Numbered from the stretch's first letter, positions 35,072 through 47,511 are shown. The stretch: DNA of 64,000 bases from Escherichia coli (GCF_050920415.1 NZ_CP169309.1); one strand, 5' to 3'. Made by a program: numbers and translations. Notes: a model not told the origin generated them from the sequence alone.

Positions 35072-35346
35072 CTAAACAGGGGAAAACAATTACAGATTTT
35101 TATCTTTCGATTACGATTTTTGGTTTATTTCTTGATTTATGACAGAGATCTTACTTTTGTTGCGCAATTGTACTTATTGCATTTTTCTCTTCGAGGAATT
35201 ACCCAGTTTCATCATTCCATTTTATTTTGCGAGCGAGCGCACACTTGTGAATTATCTCAATAGCAGTGTGAAATAACATAATTGAGCAACTGAAAGGGAG
35301 TGCCCAATATTACGACATCATCCATCACCCGCGGCATTACCTGATT
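35072..35346. promoter_or_regulatory. Divergent xylF / xylA promoter region (XylR- and CRP-dependent by established knowledge)
   Basis: Intergenic region between divergent xylFGH and xylAB; individual sites not mapped here. Confidence 0.45.
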
Positions 35347-35358
35347 ATGGAGTTCAAT

Positions 35359-36681
35359 ATGCAAGCCTATTTTGACCAGCTCGATCGCGTTCGTTATGAA
35401 GGCTCAAAATCCTCTAACCCGTTAGCATTCCATCACTATAATCCCGACGAACTGGTGTTGGGCAAGCGTATGGAAGAGCACTTGCGTTTTGCCGCCTGCT
35501 ACTGGCACACCTTCTGCTGGAACGGGGCGGACATGTTTGGTGTGGGGGCGTTTAATCGTCCGTGGCAGCAGCCTGGTGAGGCACTGGCGTTGGCGAAGCG
35601 TAAAGCAGATGTCGCATTTGAGTTTTTCCACAAGTTACATGTGCCATTTTATTGCTTCCACGACGTGGATGTTTCCCCTGAGGGCGCGTCGTTAAAAGAG
35701 TACATCAATAATTTTGCGCAAATGGTTGATGTCCTGGCAGGCAAGCAAGAAGAGAGCGGCGTGAAGCTGCTGTGGGGAACCGCTAACTGCTTTACAAACC
35801 CTCGCTACGGTGCGGGTGCGGCGACGAACCCAGATCCAGAAGTCTTTAGTTGGGCGGCGACGCAAGTTGTTACAGCGATGGAAGCAACCCATAAATTGGG
35901 CGGTGAAAACTATGTTCTGTGGGGCGGTCGTGAAGGTTACGAAACGCTGTTAAATACCGACTTGCGTCAGGAGCGTGAACAACTGGGCCGCTTTATGCAG
36001 ATGGTGGTTGAGCATAAACATAAAATCGGTTTCCAGGGTACGTTGCTTATCGAACCGAAACCGCAAGAACCGACTAAACATCAATATGATTACGATGCCG
36101 CGACGGTGTATGGCTTCCTGAAACAGTTTGGTCTGGAAAAAGAGATTAAACTGAACATTGAAGCTAACCACGCGACGCTGGCAGGTCACTCTTTCCATCA
36201 TGAAATAGCCACCGCCATTGCGCTTGGCCTGTTCGGTTCTGTCGACGCCAACCGTGGCGATGCACAACTGGGCTGGGACACCGACCAGTTCCCGAACAGT
36301 GTGGAAGAGAATGCGCTGGTGATGTATGAAATTCTCAAAGCAGGCGGTTTCACCACCGGCGGTCTGAACTTCGATGCCAAAGTCCGTCGTCAAAGTACTG
36401 ATAAATATGATCTGTTTTACGGTCATATCGGCGCGATGGATACGATGGCGTTGGCGCTGAAAATTGCAGCACGCATGATTGAAGATGGCGAGCTGGATAA
36501 ACGCATCGCGCAGCGTTATTCCGGCTGGAATAGCGAATTAGGCCAGCAAATCCTGAAAGGCCAAATGTCACTGGCAGATTTAGCCAAATATGCTCAGGAA
36601 CATAATTTGTCTCCGGTGCATCAGAGTGGTCGCCAGGAGCAACTGGAAAATCTGGTAAACCATTATCTGTTCGACAAATAA
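35359..36681 (+). CDS. xylA: Xylose isomerase
   Basis: 440-aa product from [15 protein letters not shown]; synteny. Confidence 0.9.
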   Translation: MQAYFDQLDRVRYEGSKSSNPLAFHHYNPDELVLGKRMEEHLRFAACYWHTFCWNGADMFGVGAFNRPWQQPGEALALAKRKADVAFEFFHKLHVPFYCFHDVDVSPEGASLKEYINNFAQMVDVLAGKQEESGVKLLWGTANCFTNPRYGAGAATNPDPEVFSWAATQVVTAMEATHKLGGENYVLWGGREGYETLLNTDLRQEREQLGRFMQMVVEHKHKIGFQGTLLIEPKPQEPTKHQYDYDAATVYGFLKQFGLEKEIKLNIEANHATLAGHSFHHEIATAIALGLFGSVDANRGDAQLGWDTDQFPNSVEENALVMYEILKAGGFTTGGLNFDAKVRRQSTDKYDLFYGHIGAMDTMALALKIAARMIEDGELDKRIAQRYSGWNSELGQQILKGQMSLADLAKYAQEHNLSPVHQSGRQEQLENLVNHYLFDK

Positions 36682-36752
36682 CGGCTAACTGTGCAGTCCG
36701 TTGGCCCGGTTATCGGTAGCGATACCGGGCATTTTTTTAAGGAACGATCGAT

Positions 36753-38207
36753 ATGTATATCGGGATAGATCTTGGCACCTCGGGCGTAAAAGTTATTTTG
36801 CTCAACGAGCAGGGTGAGGTGGTTGCTTCGCAAACGGAAAAGCTGACCGTTTCGCGCCCGCATCCACTCTGGTCGGAACAAGACCCGGAACAGTGGTGGC
36901 AGGCAACTGATCGCGCAATGAAAGCTCTGGGCGATCAGCATTCTCTGCAGGACGTTAAAGCATTGGGTATTGCCGGCCAGATGCACGGTGCAACCTTACT
37001 GGATGCCCAGCAACGGGTATTACGCCCTGCCATTTTGTGGAACGACGGGCGCTGTGCGCAAGAGTGCACTTTGCTGGAAGCGCGAGTTCCGCAATCACGG
37101 GTGATTACCGGTAACCTGATGATGCCCGGATTTACTGCGCCTAAATTGCTATGGGTTCAGCGGCATGAGCCGGAGATATTCCGTCAAATCGACAAAGTAT
37201 TATTACCGAAAGATTACTTGCGTCTGCGTATGACGGGGGAGTTTGCCAGCGATATGTCTGACGCAGCTGGCACCATGTGGCTGGATGTCGCAAAGCGTGA
37301 CTGGAGTGACGTCATGCTGCAGGCTTGCCACTTATCTCGTGACCAGATGCCCGCATTATACGAAGGCAGCGAAATTACTGGTGCTTTGCTACCTGAAGTT
37401 GCGAAAGCGTGGGGTATGGCGGCAGTGCCAGTTGTCGCAGGCGGTGGTGATAATGCAGCTGGTGCGGTTGGTGTAGGAATGGTTGATGCTAATCAGGCAA
37501 TGTTATCGCTGGGGACGTCGGGGGTCTATTTTGCTGTCAGCGAAGGGTTCTTAAGCAAGCCAGAAAGCGCCGTACACAGCTTTTGCCATGCGCTACCGCA
37601 GCGTTGGCATTTAATGTCTGTGATGCTGAGTGCAGCGTCGTGTCTGGATTGGGCCGCGAAATTAACGGGCCTGAACAATGTCCCAGCTTTAATCGCGGCT
37701 GCTCAACAGGCTGATGAAAGTGCCGAGCCAGTTTGGTTTCTGCCTTATCTTTCCGGTGAACGTACGCCACACAACAATCCCCAGGCGAAGGGGGTTTTCT
37801 TTGGTTTGACCCATCAACATGGTGCTAATGAACTGGCGCGAGCAGTGCTGGAAGGCGTGGGTTATGCGCTGGCAGATGGCATGGATGTCGTGCATGCCTG
37901 CGGCATTAAACCGCAAAGTGTTACGTTGATTGGTGGCGGGGCGCGTAGTGAGTACTGGCGTCAGATGCTGGCGGATATCAGCGGTCAGCAACTCGATTAC
38001 CGCACGGGGGGGGATGTGGGGCCAGCACTGGGCGCAGCAAGGCTGGCGCAGATTGCGGCGAATCCAGAGAAATCGCTCATTGAGTTGTTGCCACAACTGC
38101 CGTTAGAACAGTCGCATTTACCAGATGCGCAGCGTTATGCCACTTATCAGCCACGACGTGAAACGTTCCGTCGCCTCTATCAGCAACTTCTGCCATTAAT
38201 GGCGTAA
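36753..38207 (+). CDS. xylB: Xylulokinase
   Basis: 484-aa FGGY-family kinase; synteny. Confidence 0.9.
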   Translation: MYIGIDLGTSGVKVILLNEQGEVVASQTEKLTVSRPHPLWSEQDPEQWWQATDRAMKALGDQHSLQDVKALGIAGQMHGATLLDAQQRVLRPAILWNDGRCAQECTLLEARVPQSRVITGNLMMPGFTAPKLLWVQRHEPEIFRQIDKVLLPKDYLRLRMTGEFASDMSDAAGTMWLDVAKRDWSDVMLQACHLSRDQMPALYEGSEITGALLPEVAKAWGMAAVPVVAGGGDNAAGAVGVGMVDANQAMLSLGTSGVYFAVSEGFLSKPESAVHSFCHALPQRWHLMSVMLSAASCLDWAAKLTGLNNVPALIAAAQQADESAEPVWFLPYLSGERTPHNNPQAKGVFFGLTHQHGANELARAVLEGVGYALADGMDVVHACGIKPQSVTLIGGGARSEYWRQMLADISGQQLDYRTGGDVGPALGAARLAQIAANPEKSLIELLPQLPLEQSHLPDAQRYATYQPRRETFRRLYQQLLPLMA

Positions 38208-38374
38208 ACGTTATCCCCTGCCTGACCGGGTGGGGGATAATCCACATCTATATATATCAGTAATTAATTAATATTTAGTATGAATTTATTCTGAAATCAT
38301 TTGTTAATGGCATTTTTCAGTTTTGTCTTTCGTTGGTTACTCGTAATGTATCGCTGGTAGATATGGAGATCATT

Positions 38375-38716
38375 ATGAAAACCTCAAAGACTGTGGCAAA
38401 ACTATTATTTGTTGTCGGGGCGCTGGTTTATCTGCTTGGGCTATGGATCTCATGCCCATTGTTAAGTGGAAAAGGCTATTTTCTTGGCGTGTTAATGACG
38501 GCAACTTTTGGCAACTATGCATATCTTCGTGCTGAAAGACTCGGGCAACTGGATGATTTTTTTATCCGTGTCTGCCAGTTGGTAGCGTTAATCACAATCG
38601 GTCTCTTGTTTATCGGTGTTTTAAATGCGCCTATCAATGCTTATGAAATGGTGATTTATGCCATCGCCTTTTTTGTTTGCTTGTTTGGTCAAATGCGTTT
38701 GTTTCGCTCGGCATGA
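38375..38716 (+). CDS. yiaB: YiaA/YiaB-family inner membrane protein (113 aa)
   Basis: Hydrophobic 113-aa product from MKTSKT; position next to xylB as for K-12 yiaB as I recall. Confidence 0.65.
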   Translation: MKTSKTVAKLLFVVGALVYLLGLWISCPLLSGKGYFLGVLMTATFGNYAYLRAERLGQLDDFFIRVCQLVALITIGLLFIGVLNAPINAYEMVIYAIAFFVCLFGQMRLFRSA

Positions 38717-38761
38717 GCAACATAAAGCTCTTACACATTCAGGAATGAAAGGAATACTGTG

Positions 38762-39199
38762 ATGGACAACAAAATATCAACCTATTCTCCGGCATTTAGT
38801 ATTGTGTCATGGATAGCTCTTGTTGGTGGTATCGTTACCTATCTATTAGGGCTATGGAATGCAGAGATGCAGTTAAATGAAAAAGGATATTATTTTGCCG
38901 TGCTGGTGCTAGGACTGTTTTCTGCGGCATCTTATCAAAAGACCGTTCGTGACAAGTATGAAGGCATACCGACCACCTCCATTTATTATATGACCTGCCT
39001 GACTGTCTTTATTATCTCTGTTGCGTTATTGATGGTAGGTCTGTGGAATGCGACGTTATTACTCAGCGAAAAAGGTTTTTATGGGCTGGCTTTCTTCTTA
39101 AGCTTGTTTGGTGCAGTAGCGGTGCAGAAGAATATTCGTGATGCCGGAATAAACCCACCAAAAGAAACACAGGTTACCCAGGAAGAATACAGCGAATAA
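38762..39199 (+). CDS. yiaA: YiaA/YiaB-family inner membrane protein (145 aa, two-repeat)
   Basis: Internal duplication of the YiaAB motif (LLGLWNAE... / LMVGLWNAT...); synteny. Confidence 0.65.
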
Positions 39200-39240
39200 T
39201 TCACGTAAGCCCGGTCAGTCCAATGTAACCGGGCTTTTAC

Positions 39241-40236
39241 TTAACTCACTAGTCTGTTTCTGTCGATTCGTTGAAGCAGCACAGAAAGTAACAAACTCGC
39301 TGCCAACGTCGCGCAAAAGATCCAAATAATATCCAGTATTGGCCAGTTTTTAAGCTCAATCCCCTGGGTACGCAGCGCATGGATAATCAATGCGTGGAAC
39401 CCGTATATACCTAAAGAATGGCGTGATATCAGCCCAAGCCCGGGAACAGTATGTGTATCCAGCGTGTTTTTAACCAGAGTCAATAGTGCGATTGCGCAGA
39501 TAAAAACCATCGGCCCACAGTAAAGATACCAGGTATCGGCAAAATTTCCGCGCCACTGCAATTCATATAATGTCCCGCGAGAGATAATAAATACCCCCGC
39601 AACAAACAGTGTGGCGCTCACCCACGACAGTGCCTTATGCTGTGTGTCCATCATGCCAATGGCGCGCCCCAACATGCCATACAGGATGTAGTAAAAAGTA
39701 TCGCCATTGATATATAAGTTAATTGGCAGCCATTCAAAACTGTCGATTTTCTGCGGCACAGTATTTGGATTAGCGATGATGCCAATCACCACCATTAGCA
39801 CCAGCAACATTTTACCGCCGACGTTCTTCACCTGAATCAGCGGTGAAACCAGATAAATCACCGCAATCGCGAAGAAAAACCATAAGTGGTAAAAAACAGG
39901 CTTTTGCAGCAGGTTTTTTAGCGCCATCTCTACATTGATGGAGGTAAATAGCGCAATGTAGAGCAGCGCAACAGTGCTATAAAACAGCAGGCATAAGCCG
40001 ATGCGTAAGAAATGGCGCGGCTGGGCGCTGCGTTCGCCAAAAAAGAGATAGCCGGAAATCATGAAAAATAGCGGCACGCTGACACGAGAGGCAGAATTCA
40101 GAACATTGGCGATATCCCAGGTAGCGGGGCTAACACTATGAGCATTGGTCACATACCAGGTTGTGGTGTGAATCATTACCACCATTAAGCAAGCTATCCC
40201 TCGCAGGTTATCAATCCAGTAAATTTTGGGCTGCAT
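39241..40236 (-). CDS. wecH: O-acetyltransferase (acyltransferase 3 family)
   Basis: 331-aa polytopic membrane acyltransferase; synteny. Confidence 0.85.
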   Translation of the reverse strand: MQPKIYWIDNLRGIACLMVVMIHTTTWYVTNAHSVSPATWDIANVLNSASRVSVPLFFMISGYLFFGERSAQPRHFLRIGLCLLFYSTVALLYIALFTSINVEMALKNLLQKPVFYHLWFFFAIAVIYLVSPLIQVKNVGGKMLLVLMVVIGIIANPNTVPQKIDSFEWLPINLYINGDTFYYILYGMLGRAIGMMDTQHKALSWVSATLFVAGVFIISRGTLYELQWRGNFADTWYLYCGPMVFICAIALLTLVKNTLDTHTVPGLGLISRHSLGIYGFHALIIHALRTQGIELKNWPILDIIWIFCATLAASLLLSVLLQRIDRNRLVS

Positions 40237-40410
40237 CTGTGTCTCTGTATCTGGTTAAAAAAAGTCTGACCGATAAATCATTCGGTTGGCACACTGGAAT
40301 AATCTGAGTTTTATCACTACAGCTTATAGAGGCTTGAGGAAATTCGTAAGATATCAGCCACTATACCGATATAAATAATAAGACTCACCTGCAAACCAGA
40401 CGGTAATTTA

Positions 40411-40710
40411 ATGATGATGAACTCTTTCTTTCCGGCAATGGCGCTTGTAGTGTTAGTGGGATGCTCGACACCGCCACCCGTGCAGAAAGCACAACGGGTA
40501 AAAGTTGATCCGCTGCGTTCGTTGAATATGGAAGCGTTATGCAAGGATCAGGCGGCAAAACGTTATAACACCGGCGAGCAAAAAATCGACGTCACCGCCT
40601 TCGAACAGTTCCAGGGAAGCTACGAAATGCGTGGTTATACCTTCCGGAAAGAGCAGTTTGTCTGTTCTTTTGACGCGGATGGCCATTTTTTGCATCTTTC
40701 CATGCGTTAA
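40411..40710 (+). CDS. ysaB: Small lipoprotein
   Basis: 99-aa ORF with lipobox-like LVGC signal; synteny upstream of glyQ. Confidence 0.7.
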   Translation: MMMNSFFPAMALVVLVGCSTPPPVQKAQRVKVDPLRSLNMEALCKDQAAKRYNTGEQKIDVTAFEQFQGSYEMRGYTFRKEQFVCSFDADGHFLHLSMR

Positions 40711-40804
40711 GCCCTGCTTTTTCCCGTTTCGTACTGTATATCTTCCATCCAGCGGGTATACTGATCCCTTCCTTTAAATCCACACGTATCCAGCACGAAA
40801 TAAT

Positions 40805-41716
40805 ATGCAAAAGTTTGATACCAGGACCTTCCAGGGCTTGATCCTGACCTTACAGGATTACTGGGCTCGCCAGGGCTGCACCATTGTTCAACCATTGGAC
40901 ATGGAAGTCGGCGCGGGAACCTCTCACCCAATGACCTGTCTGCGCGCGCTGGGGCCAGAACCGATGGCGGCTGCTTATGTTCAGCCTTCTCGTCGCCCGA
41001 CCGATGGTCGCTACGGCGAAAACCCCAACCGCTTACAGCACTACTATCAGTTCCAGGTGGTCATTAAGCCATCGCCGGACAATATTCAGGAGCTGTACCT
41101 CGGTTCCCTGAAAGAGCTGGGCATGGATCCGACTATCCACGATATCCGTTTCGTGGAAGATAACTGGGAAAACCCGACTTTGGGTGCCTGGGGGCTGGGC
41201 TGGGAAGTGTGGCTGAACGGCATGGAAGTGACGCAGTTCACTTACTTCCAGCAGGTTGGTGGTCTGGAGTGTAAACCGGTTACCGGCGAGATCACCTACG
41301 GTCTGGAACGTCTGGCCATGTACATTCAGGGCGTAGACAGCGTTTACGACCTGGTCTGGAGCGACGGTCCGCTGGGTAAAACCACCTACGGCGACGTGTT
41401 CCATCAGAACGAAGTGGAGCAGTCCACTTACAACTTCGAATACGCGGATGTGGACTTCCTGTTCACCTGCTTCGAGCAATACGAGAAAGAAGCGCAGCAG
41501 CTGCTGGCGCTGGAAAATCCGCTGCCGTTGCCAGCCTACGAGCGTATTCTGAAAGCCGCCCACAGCTTCAACCTGCTGGATGCGCGTAAAGCCATCTCCG
41601 TCACTGAGCGTCAGCGCTATATTCTGCGCATTCGCACCCTGACCAAAGCAGTGGCAGAAGCATACTACGCTTCCCGTGAAGCCCTCGGCTTCCCGATGTG
41701 CAACAAAGATAAGTAA
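40805..41716 (+). CDS. glyQ: Glycine--tRNA ligase alpha subunit
   Basis: 303 aa, highly conserved. Confidence 0.95.
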
Positions 41717-41725
41717 GAGGCGGCT

Positions 41726-43795
41726 ATGTCTGAGAAAACTTTTCTGGTGGAAATCGGCACTGAAGAGCTGCCACCAAAAGCACTGCGCAGCCTGGCTGAG
41801 TCCTTTGCTGCGAACTTTACTGCGGAGCTGGATAACGCTGGCCTCGCACACGGCACCGTTCAATGGTTTGCTGCTCCGCGTCGTCTGGCGCTGAAAGTAG
41901 CTAACCTGGCGGAAGCGCAACCGGATCGTGAAATCGAAAAACGCGGCCCGGCAATTGCTCAGGCGTTCGACGCTGAAGGCAAACCGAGCAAAGCGGCAGA
42001 AGGCTGGGCGCGTGGTTGCGGTATTACCGTTGACCAGGCTGAGCGTCTGACTACCGATAAAGGCGAATGGCTGCTGTATCGCGCCCACGTGAAGGGCGAA
42101 AGCACTGAAGCACTGTTGCCGAATATGGTTGCGACTTCGCTGGCGAAACTGCCGATCCCGAAACTGATGCGTTGGGGTGCAAGCGACGTGCACTTCGTGC
42201 GTCCGGTGCACACCGTGACCCTGCTGCTGGGCGACAAAGTTATTCCGGCTACCATTCTGGGCATTCAGTCCGATCGCGTGATTCGCGGCCACCGCTTTAT
42301 GGGCGAGCCGGAATTCACTATCGACAATGCTGATCAGTATCCGGAAATTCTGCGTGAGCGCGGGAAAGTCATCGCCGATTACGAAGAACGTAAGGCGAAG
42401 ATTAAAGCCGATGCCGAAGAAGCGGCGCGTAAGATTGGCGGTAACGCTGACTTAAGCGAAAGCCTGTTGGAAGAAGTCGCTTCGCTGGTGGAATGGCCGG
42501 TTGTGCTGACCGCAAAATTCGAAGAGAAATTCCTCGCGGTGCCGTCTGAAGCACTGGTTTACACCATGAAAGGTGACCAGAAATACTTCCCGGTGTATGC
42601 GAACGACGGCAAACTGCTGCCGAACTTTATCTTCGTTGCCAATATCGAATCGCAAGATCCGCAGCAAATTATCTCTGGTAACGAGAAAGTCGTTCGTCCA
42701 CGTCTGGCGGATGCCGAGTTCTTCTTCAACACCGACCGTAAAAAACGTCTGGAAGATAACCTGCCGCGCCTGCAAACCGTGTTGTTCCAGCAACAGCTGG
42801 GTACACTGCGCGACAAAACTGACCGCATCCAGGCGCTGGCTGGCTGGATTGCTGAACAGATTGGCGCTGACGTTAACCACGCAACCCGTGCGGGCCTGCT
42901 GTCCAAGTGCGACCTGATGACCAACATGGTCTTCGAGTTCACCGACACCCAGGGCGTTATGGGGATGCACTACGCGCGTCACGATGGTGAAGCGGAAGAT
43001 GTCGCAGTGGCGCTGAACGAGCAGTATCAGCCGCGTTTTGCTGGTGATGACCTGCCGTCTAACCCAGTGGCTTGTGCGCTGGCTATTGCTGACAAGATGG
43101 ATACCCTGGCGGGTATCTTCGGTATCGGCCAGCATCCGAAAGGCGACAAAGACCCGTTTGCGTTGCGTCGTGCCGCGCTGGGCGTGCTGCGCATTATCGT
43201 TGAGAAGAACCTCAACCTCGATCTGCAAACACTGACTGAAGAAGCGGCGCGTCTGTACGGTGATAAGCTGACTAACGCCAACGTGGTTGATGACGTTATC
43301 GACTTTATGCTCGGTCGCTTCCGCGCCTGGTATCAGGACGAAGGTTACACCGTTGACACCATCCAGGCGGTACTGGCGCGTCGTCCGACTCGTCCGGCTG
43401 ATTTCGATGCCCGAATGAAAGCGGTATCGCACTTCCGAACCCTGGATGCGGCGGCAGCACTGGCGGCGGCGAATAAGCGTGTATCTAACATTCTGGCGAA
43501 ATCTGACGAAGTGCTGAGCGACCGCGTGAATGCCTCTACTCTGAAAGAGCCGGAAGAAATTAAACTGGCGATGCAGGTTGTGGTGCTACGTGACAAGCTA
43601 GAGCCGTACTTTGCTGAAGGTCGTTACCAGGATGCGCTGGTCGAACTGGCTGAGCTGCGTGAACCGGTTGATGCCTTCTTCGATAAAGTGATGGTCATGG
43701 TTGATGACAAAGAATTGCGAATCAACCGTCTTACCATGCTGGAGAAACTGCGCGAATTATTCCTGCGAGTTGCGGATATTTCGCTGTTGCAGTAA
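41726..43795 (+). CDS. glyS: Glycine--tRNA ligase beta subunit
   Basis: 689 aa, highly conserved; begins 10 nt after glyQ. Confidence 0.95.
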   Translation: MSEKTFLVEIGTEELPPKALRSLAESFAANFTAELDNAGLAHGTVQWFAAPRRLALKVANLAEAQPDREIEKRGPAIAQAFDAEGKPSKAAEGWARGCGITVDQAERLTTDKGEWLLYRAHVKGESTEALLPNMVATSLAKLPIPKLMRWGASDVHFVRPVHTVTLLLGDKVIPATILGIQSDRVIRGHRFMGEPEFTIDNADQYPEILRERGKVIADYEERKAKIKADAEEAARKIGGNADLSESLLEEVASLVEWPVVLTAKFEEKFLAVPSEALVYTMKGDQKYFPVYANDGKLLPNFIFVANIESQDPQQIISGNEKVVRPRLADAEFFFNTDRKKRLEDNLPRLQTVLFQQQLGTLRDKTDRIQALAGWIAEQIGADVNHATRAGLLSKCDLMTNMVFEFTDTQGVMGMHYARHDGEAEDVAVALNEQYQPRFAGDDLPSNPVACALAIADKMDTLAGIFGIGQHPKGDKDPFALRRAALGVLRIIVEKNLNLDLQTLTEEAARLYGDKLTNANVVDDVIDFMLGRFRAWYQDEGYTVDTIQAVLARRPTRPADFDARMKAVSHFRTLDAAAALAAANKRVSNILAKSDEVLSDRVNASTLKEPEEIKLAMQVVVLRDKLEPYFAEGRYQDALVELAELREPVDAFFDKVMVMVDDKELRINRLTMLEKLRELFLRVADISLLQ

Positions 43796-43808
43796 TAACG
43801 TCGTTATT

Positions 43809-43837
43809 AAAAAGCCTGCCATCTGGCAGGCTTTTTT
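43809..43837 (+). terminator. Rho-independent terminator of glyQS (aaaagcctgcc-atct-ggcaggctttttt)
   Basis: Perfect GC-rich hairpin followed by T-run. Confidence 0.65.
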
Positions 43838-44115
43838 ATCGCTAAATAATAGAGCAACCTTTAATAATCTTCTGCTGAATAAAGATTGTCTCATATATTA
43901 ATTTTATGAGATTTTTTAGGATTATATCAAAGAGAAGAAAAGAACTTATTAAGCTAGAATAGCCACAGGTGCTTGAGACTGTTTGTCTCAGGTATTCACC
44001 GAAAGGCAGACAGAGAAAAGCCCCACCTGACTATAAATCAAAGTGAGGCCCCTCTATGCATAGACACCATAAGGTTAGCCTCTTACTCGTTGGAAATCAA
44101 CACAGGAGGCTGGGA

Positions 44116-44268
44116 ATGCCGCAGAAATATAGATTACTTTCTTTAATAGTGATTTGTTTCACGCTTTTATTTTTCACCTGGATGATAAGAGATTCACTGT
44201 GTGAATTGCATATTAAACAGGAGAATTATGAGCTGGCGGCGTTTTTAGCCTGCAAATTGAAAGAGTAA
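44116..44268 (+). CDS. hokA: Hok-family small toxic membrane peptide (type I toxin); the locus appears uninterrupted
   Basis: 50-aa peptide MPQKYRLLSLIVICFTLLFFTWMIRDSLCELHIKQENYELAAFLACKLKE with AGGAGG RBS; terminal hairpin at about 44270-44300. Confidence 0.8.
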   Translation: MPQKYRLLSLIVICFTLLFFTWMIRDSLCELHIKQENYELAAFLACKLKE

Positions 44269-44456
44269 GAGTCTTCGGCGGGAAGTTATTCCCGCCTTTC
44301 TTACGGCGTTGCGCATTCTCATTGCACCCAAATTTATTCTTCACAAAAATAATAATAGATTTTATTACGCGAACGATTATTTATTTCCTGAATAAACAAA
44401 TAAAAAAATCCCCGCCATTTGGCAGGGATCTTAGATTCTGTGCTTTTAAGCAGAGA

Positions 44457-44669
44457 TTACAGGCTGGTTACGTTACCAGCTGCCGGGCCTTTAGCGCCGC
44501 TTTCGATGGTGAAGGACACTTTCTGACCTTCGTCCAGAGATTTGTAACCATCGTTCTGGATAGCAGAGAAGTGTACGAACACGTCTTTAGAACCATCGTC
44601 AGGAGTGATGAAGCCGAAGCCTTTGTCAGCGTTGAACCATTTTACGATACCAGTCATTTTACCGGACAT
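44457..44669 (-). CDS. cspA: Major cold shock protein CspA
   Basis: 70 aa, [21 protein letters not shown]...; long 5' UTR upstream. Confidence 0.95.
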
Positions 44670-44950
44670 AGTGTATTACCTTTAATAATTAATTGTGCCT
44701 TTCGGCGATATGGCGTGCTTTACAGATTTTGAAGCGTTAAAGGAAATGCACACTACGAGGGGTATCAACGATAACTCTTGAAGGGACTTGCCTTACTACA
44801 CTGCTTTAATGGTCTGTACGTCAAACCGTTGAAGTGCATTAAGCCACGCATTGGTGGGTGATGCAACAATTATTTTTCATATTTATGATTAATCGGTTGG
44901 AAAACGGTCCTGTCATCAGGACCGTAAACAGCAATAAAGTGGATAAAAGT

Positions 44951-45241
44951 CTATTCCATCAACTGCTTACTTAACGCTGGGTTAGCTTGAATCAGACGCA
45001 TCAATTTTAGTTCGGCACTTGAAGGCTTAACGCGTCGGGATTCCCATTCCTTTACCATGGCGACGGTAACGCCCAAAACCCGAGCGAAATCATCGATTTT
45101 TAACCCCGTACCTTTACGTAACTGCTCAATCTCGGTACAGGACGTTGTTCTATGCGTCAGAGTAATCTTCTGCGTTTCATCTTTAAAAACAATCTGTTCC
45201 AGGCTGCTCAACAGCTCATGCATGGGATCTTTATATTCCAT
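44951..45241 (-). CDS. yiaG: XRE-family HTH transcriptional regulator
   Basis: 96-aa ORF with HTH (LKIDDFARVLGVTVAMVKEWE); synteny. Confidence 0.8.
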   Translation of the reverse strand: MEYKDPMHELLSSLEQIVFKDETQKITLTHRTTSCTEIEQLRKGTGLKIDDFARVLGVTVAMVKEWESRRVKPSSAELKLMRLIQANPALSKQLME

Positions 45242-45674
45242 TGAAAACTCCTCAAATCACACTGCGGGATCGTGAATTGCATCGAAGCTCATTAAGAATA
45301 GTCGGGAAAAGCAGACACAGCGGGAGTAAGGCAGGGCATGCTCTGCCTGTGATTCGATTCAGCCTTATACTTAGCGTGACTTATAGCGACCTAACGATCT
45401 GATAAATGCCGATATATCTTTTACCACTCCGGGATTGTAAAGATTTCGAAAATATGGCGTTCTGTAAAGACGTAAATCTCTGGCTAGAAAAAAGGCAACT
45501 GCAATGTCATTTTTTAACAATGAAACAACAAATTAACCTTGTTTCGTTTTCTCCATTATTTTACCAGGAAGATTACGTAGAAAGGGTATCCTGCAAGCCT
45601 GTCCTGGACTATCCTTGTCACGTCAGACACGCGTGTGTCGTTGTGCGCTTTTTTTGGGTGAAAGGAGTAAGAAA

Positions 45675-46385
45675 ATGGCGACAGGAAAGTCCTGCTCTCG
45701 CTGGTTTGCGCCTCTTGCGGCGTTATTAATGGTAGTTAGCCTGAGTGGGTGTTTTGATAAAGAAGGCGATCAGCGTAAAGCGTTTATCGACTTCCTGCAG
45801 AATACAGTGATGCGTAGCGGTGAACGTCTACCAACCCTGACTGCCGATCAGAAAAAACAGTTTGGTCCTTTTGTCTCTGATTACGCGATTCTGTATGGTT
45901 ATTCACAGCAGGTGAATCAGGCGATGGATTCCGGTCTGCGCCCGGTTGTAGACAGCGTTAACGCAATTCGCGTACCGCAGGATTACGTTACGCAAAGCGG
46001 CCCACTGCGTGAAATGAACGGTTCTCTGGGTGTGCTGGCGCAACAGCTGCAAAATGCGAAGTTGCAGGCCGATGCTGCGCACTCTGCGCTAAAACAGAGC
46101 GATGACCTGAAACCGGTCTTTGATCAGGCATTCACCAAAGTGGTAACGACGCCAGCTGATGCTTTGCAACCGTTGATTCCGGCGGCACAAACTTTCACGC
46201 AACAACTGGTGATGGTTGGAGACTACATTGCTCAGCAAGGTACTCAGGTGAGTTTTGTCGCAAATGGCATCCAGTTCCCGACTTCGCAGCAGGCAAGTGA
46301 ATATAACAAACTGATTGCGCCATTACCGGCACAGCATCAGGCGTTTAATCAGGCCTGGACTACAGCAGTCACTGCAACCCAATAA
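45675..46385 (+). CDS. yiaF: DUF3053-family lipoprotein
   Basis: 236-aa product from MATGKS with lipobox LSGC; synteny. Confidence 0.8.
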   Translation: MATGKSCSRWFAPLAALLMVVSLSGCFDKEGDQRKAFIDFLQNTVMRSGERLPTLTADQKKQFGPFVSDYAILYGYSQQVNQAMDSGLRPVVDSVNAIRVPQDYVTQSGPLREMNGSLGVLAQQLQNAKLQADAAHSALKQSDDLKPVFDQAFTKVVTTPADALQPLIPAAQTFTQQLVMVGDYIAQQGTQVSFVANGIQFPTSQQASEYNKLIAPLPAQHQAFNQAWTTAVTATQ

Positions 46386-46433
46386 AGAGTAAAAGCCCGA
46401 GCGATTATCGGGCTTTACTTCCCGCAGTCGCGG

Positions 46434-47408
46434 TTAGTCCGCGACGTGCGGATTCACACAGTTCTTCTCAACCTTTCCTTGTAACGCATCAATCAAGTTA
46501 TCCACGGCACAGGCAGCCATGTCATAACGCGTCTCATGAGTGGCTGAACCAATATGCGGTACCGCGACGACATTTGCCATTGAGAGCAACGGCGAATCTA
46601 CAGACAGTGGCTCTTGTTCGAAGACATCCAGCCCGGCGGCGTGAATTTCCCCTTTCTGCAATGCAGCAATCAGTGCATTTTCATCTACCACCGGGCCACG
46701 TCCGGCATTAATGAAAATGGCGGAGGATTTCATTTTGGCGAAATGTTCTGCGCCAAACAGATGATGCGTTTCATCAGTTAACGGCAGGATCAGGCAAACG
46801 AAATCTGACTCTTGTAACAGTGTATCCAAATCGCAGTAGCGGGCGTTGAAGCGTTCTTCTGCTTCTTTATGGTGGCGGCGCGCGTTATAGAGGATGGGCA
46901 TATTGAAGCCAAAGTGCGCACGTTGTGCCAGCGCCATGCCGATCCGTCCCATCCCGACAATGCCCAGTGTTTTATGGTGAACGTCAGTGCCGTACCAGTC
47001 CGGGCCTATGCTCGCGGTCCATTCGCCTGCTTTTACCCGTTCTGCTACCTCCACAACCCGACGAGCGGTAGACAACACCAGCGCCATCAGCGTATCGGCG
47101 ACGGTTTCTGTTAATACGGTTGGCGTGTGCATCAGCAGAATTTTTCGGGCGGTAAGCGCATCGACATCAAAATTGTCATAGCCTACGGAGATCGTTGAAG
47201 TGGCCCGCAGTTTTGGCATTTTTTCCAGTAATGCGGCGTCAACGTTTTCATTTGAACCCAGCAAGCCTTCGGCGTCGGCAAAAATTGCTGCATTTTGTTC
47301 GACGGTTTGTGGGCTGAGGTTTGCCACCTGATGAACGGTGAAATGCTCTTGCAGGCGTTGCAGTAAATCATCAGGTAAGGCTTTGTAGAGGATAACGGAC
47401 GGCTTCAT
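46434..47408 (-). CDS. ghrB: Glyoxylate/hydroxypyruvate reductase B (2-ketoaldonate reductase)
   Basis: 324-aa D-isomer 2-hydroxyacid dehydrogenase with NAD-binding GIVGMGRIG motif. Confidence 0.9.
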   Translation of the reverse strand: MKPSVILYKALPDDLLQRLQEHFTVHQVANLSPQTVEQNAAIFADAEGLLGSNENVDAALLEKMPKLRATSTISVGYDNFDVDALTARKILLMHTPTVLTETVADTLMALVLSTARRVVEVAERVKAGEWTASIGPDWYGTDVHHKTLGIVGMGRIGMALAQRAHFGFNMPILYNARRHHKEAEERFNARYCDLDTLLQESDFVCLILPLTDETHHLFGAEHFAKMKSSAIFINAGRGPVVDENALIAALQKGEIHAAGLDVFEQEPLSVDSPLLSMANVVAVPHIGSATHETRYDMAACAVDNLIDALQGKVEKNCVNPHVAD

Positions 47409-47511
47409 TCTTCTCTCCATTCACTGATAAGGCGATCACCTTAGCCTGAAATATGATGAAGGAAAACTGAAGAATGCCAGGTGATTTTTGCATCACCTGG
47501 CATGAAAGGGA

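Noticed and set aside
41033-42292. 419-aa ORF on the minus strand opposite glyQ/glyS
   Set aside because: Entirely antisense to two highly conserved essential genes; arginine/glutamine/phenylalanine-rich low-complexity translation; no RBS. Considered a chance open frame.
44056-44115. In-frame N-terminal extension giving a 70-aa ORF upstream of hokA
   Set aside because: Hok peptides are about 50 aa and a strong RBS precedes the ATG at 44116; the extension is probably part of the mok/leader region.
45406-45729. 107-aa plus-strand ORF between yiaG and yiaF
   Set aside because: Overlaps the yiaF start region in another frame; no RBS; likely spurious.
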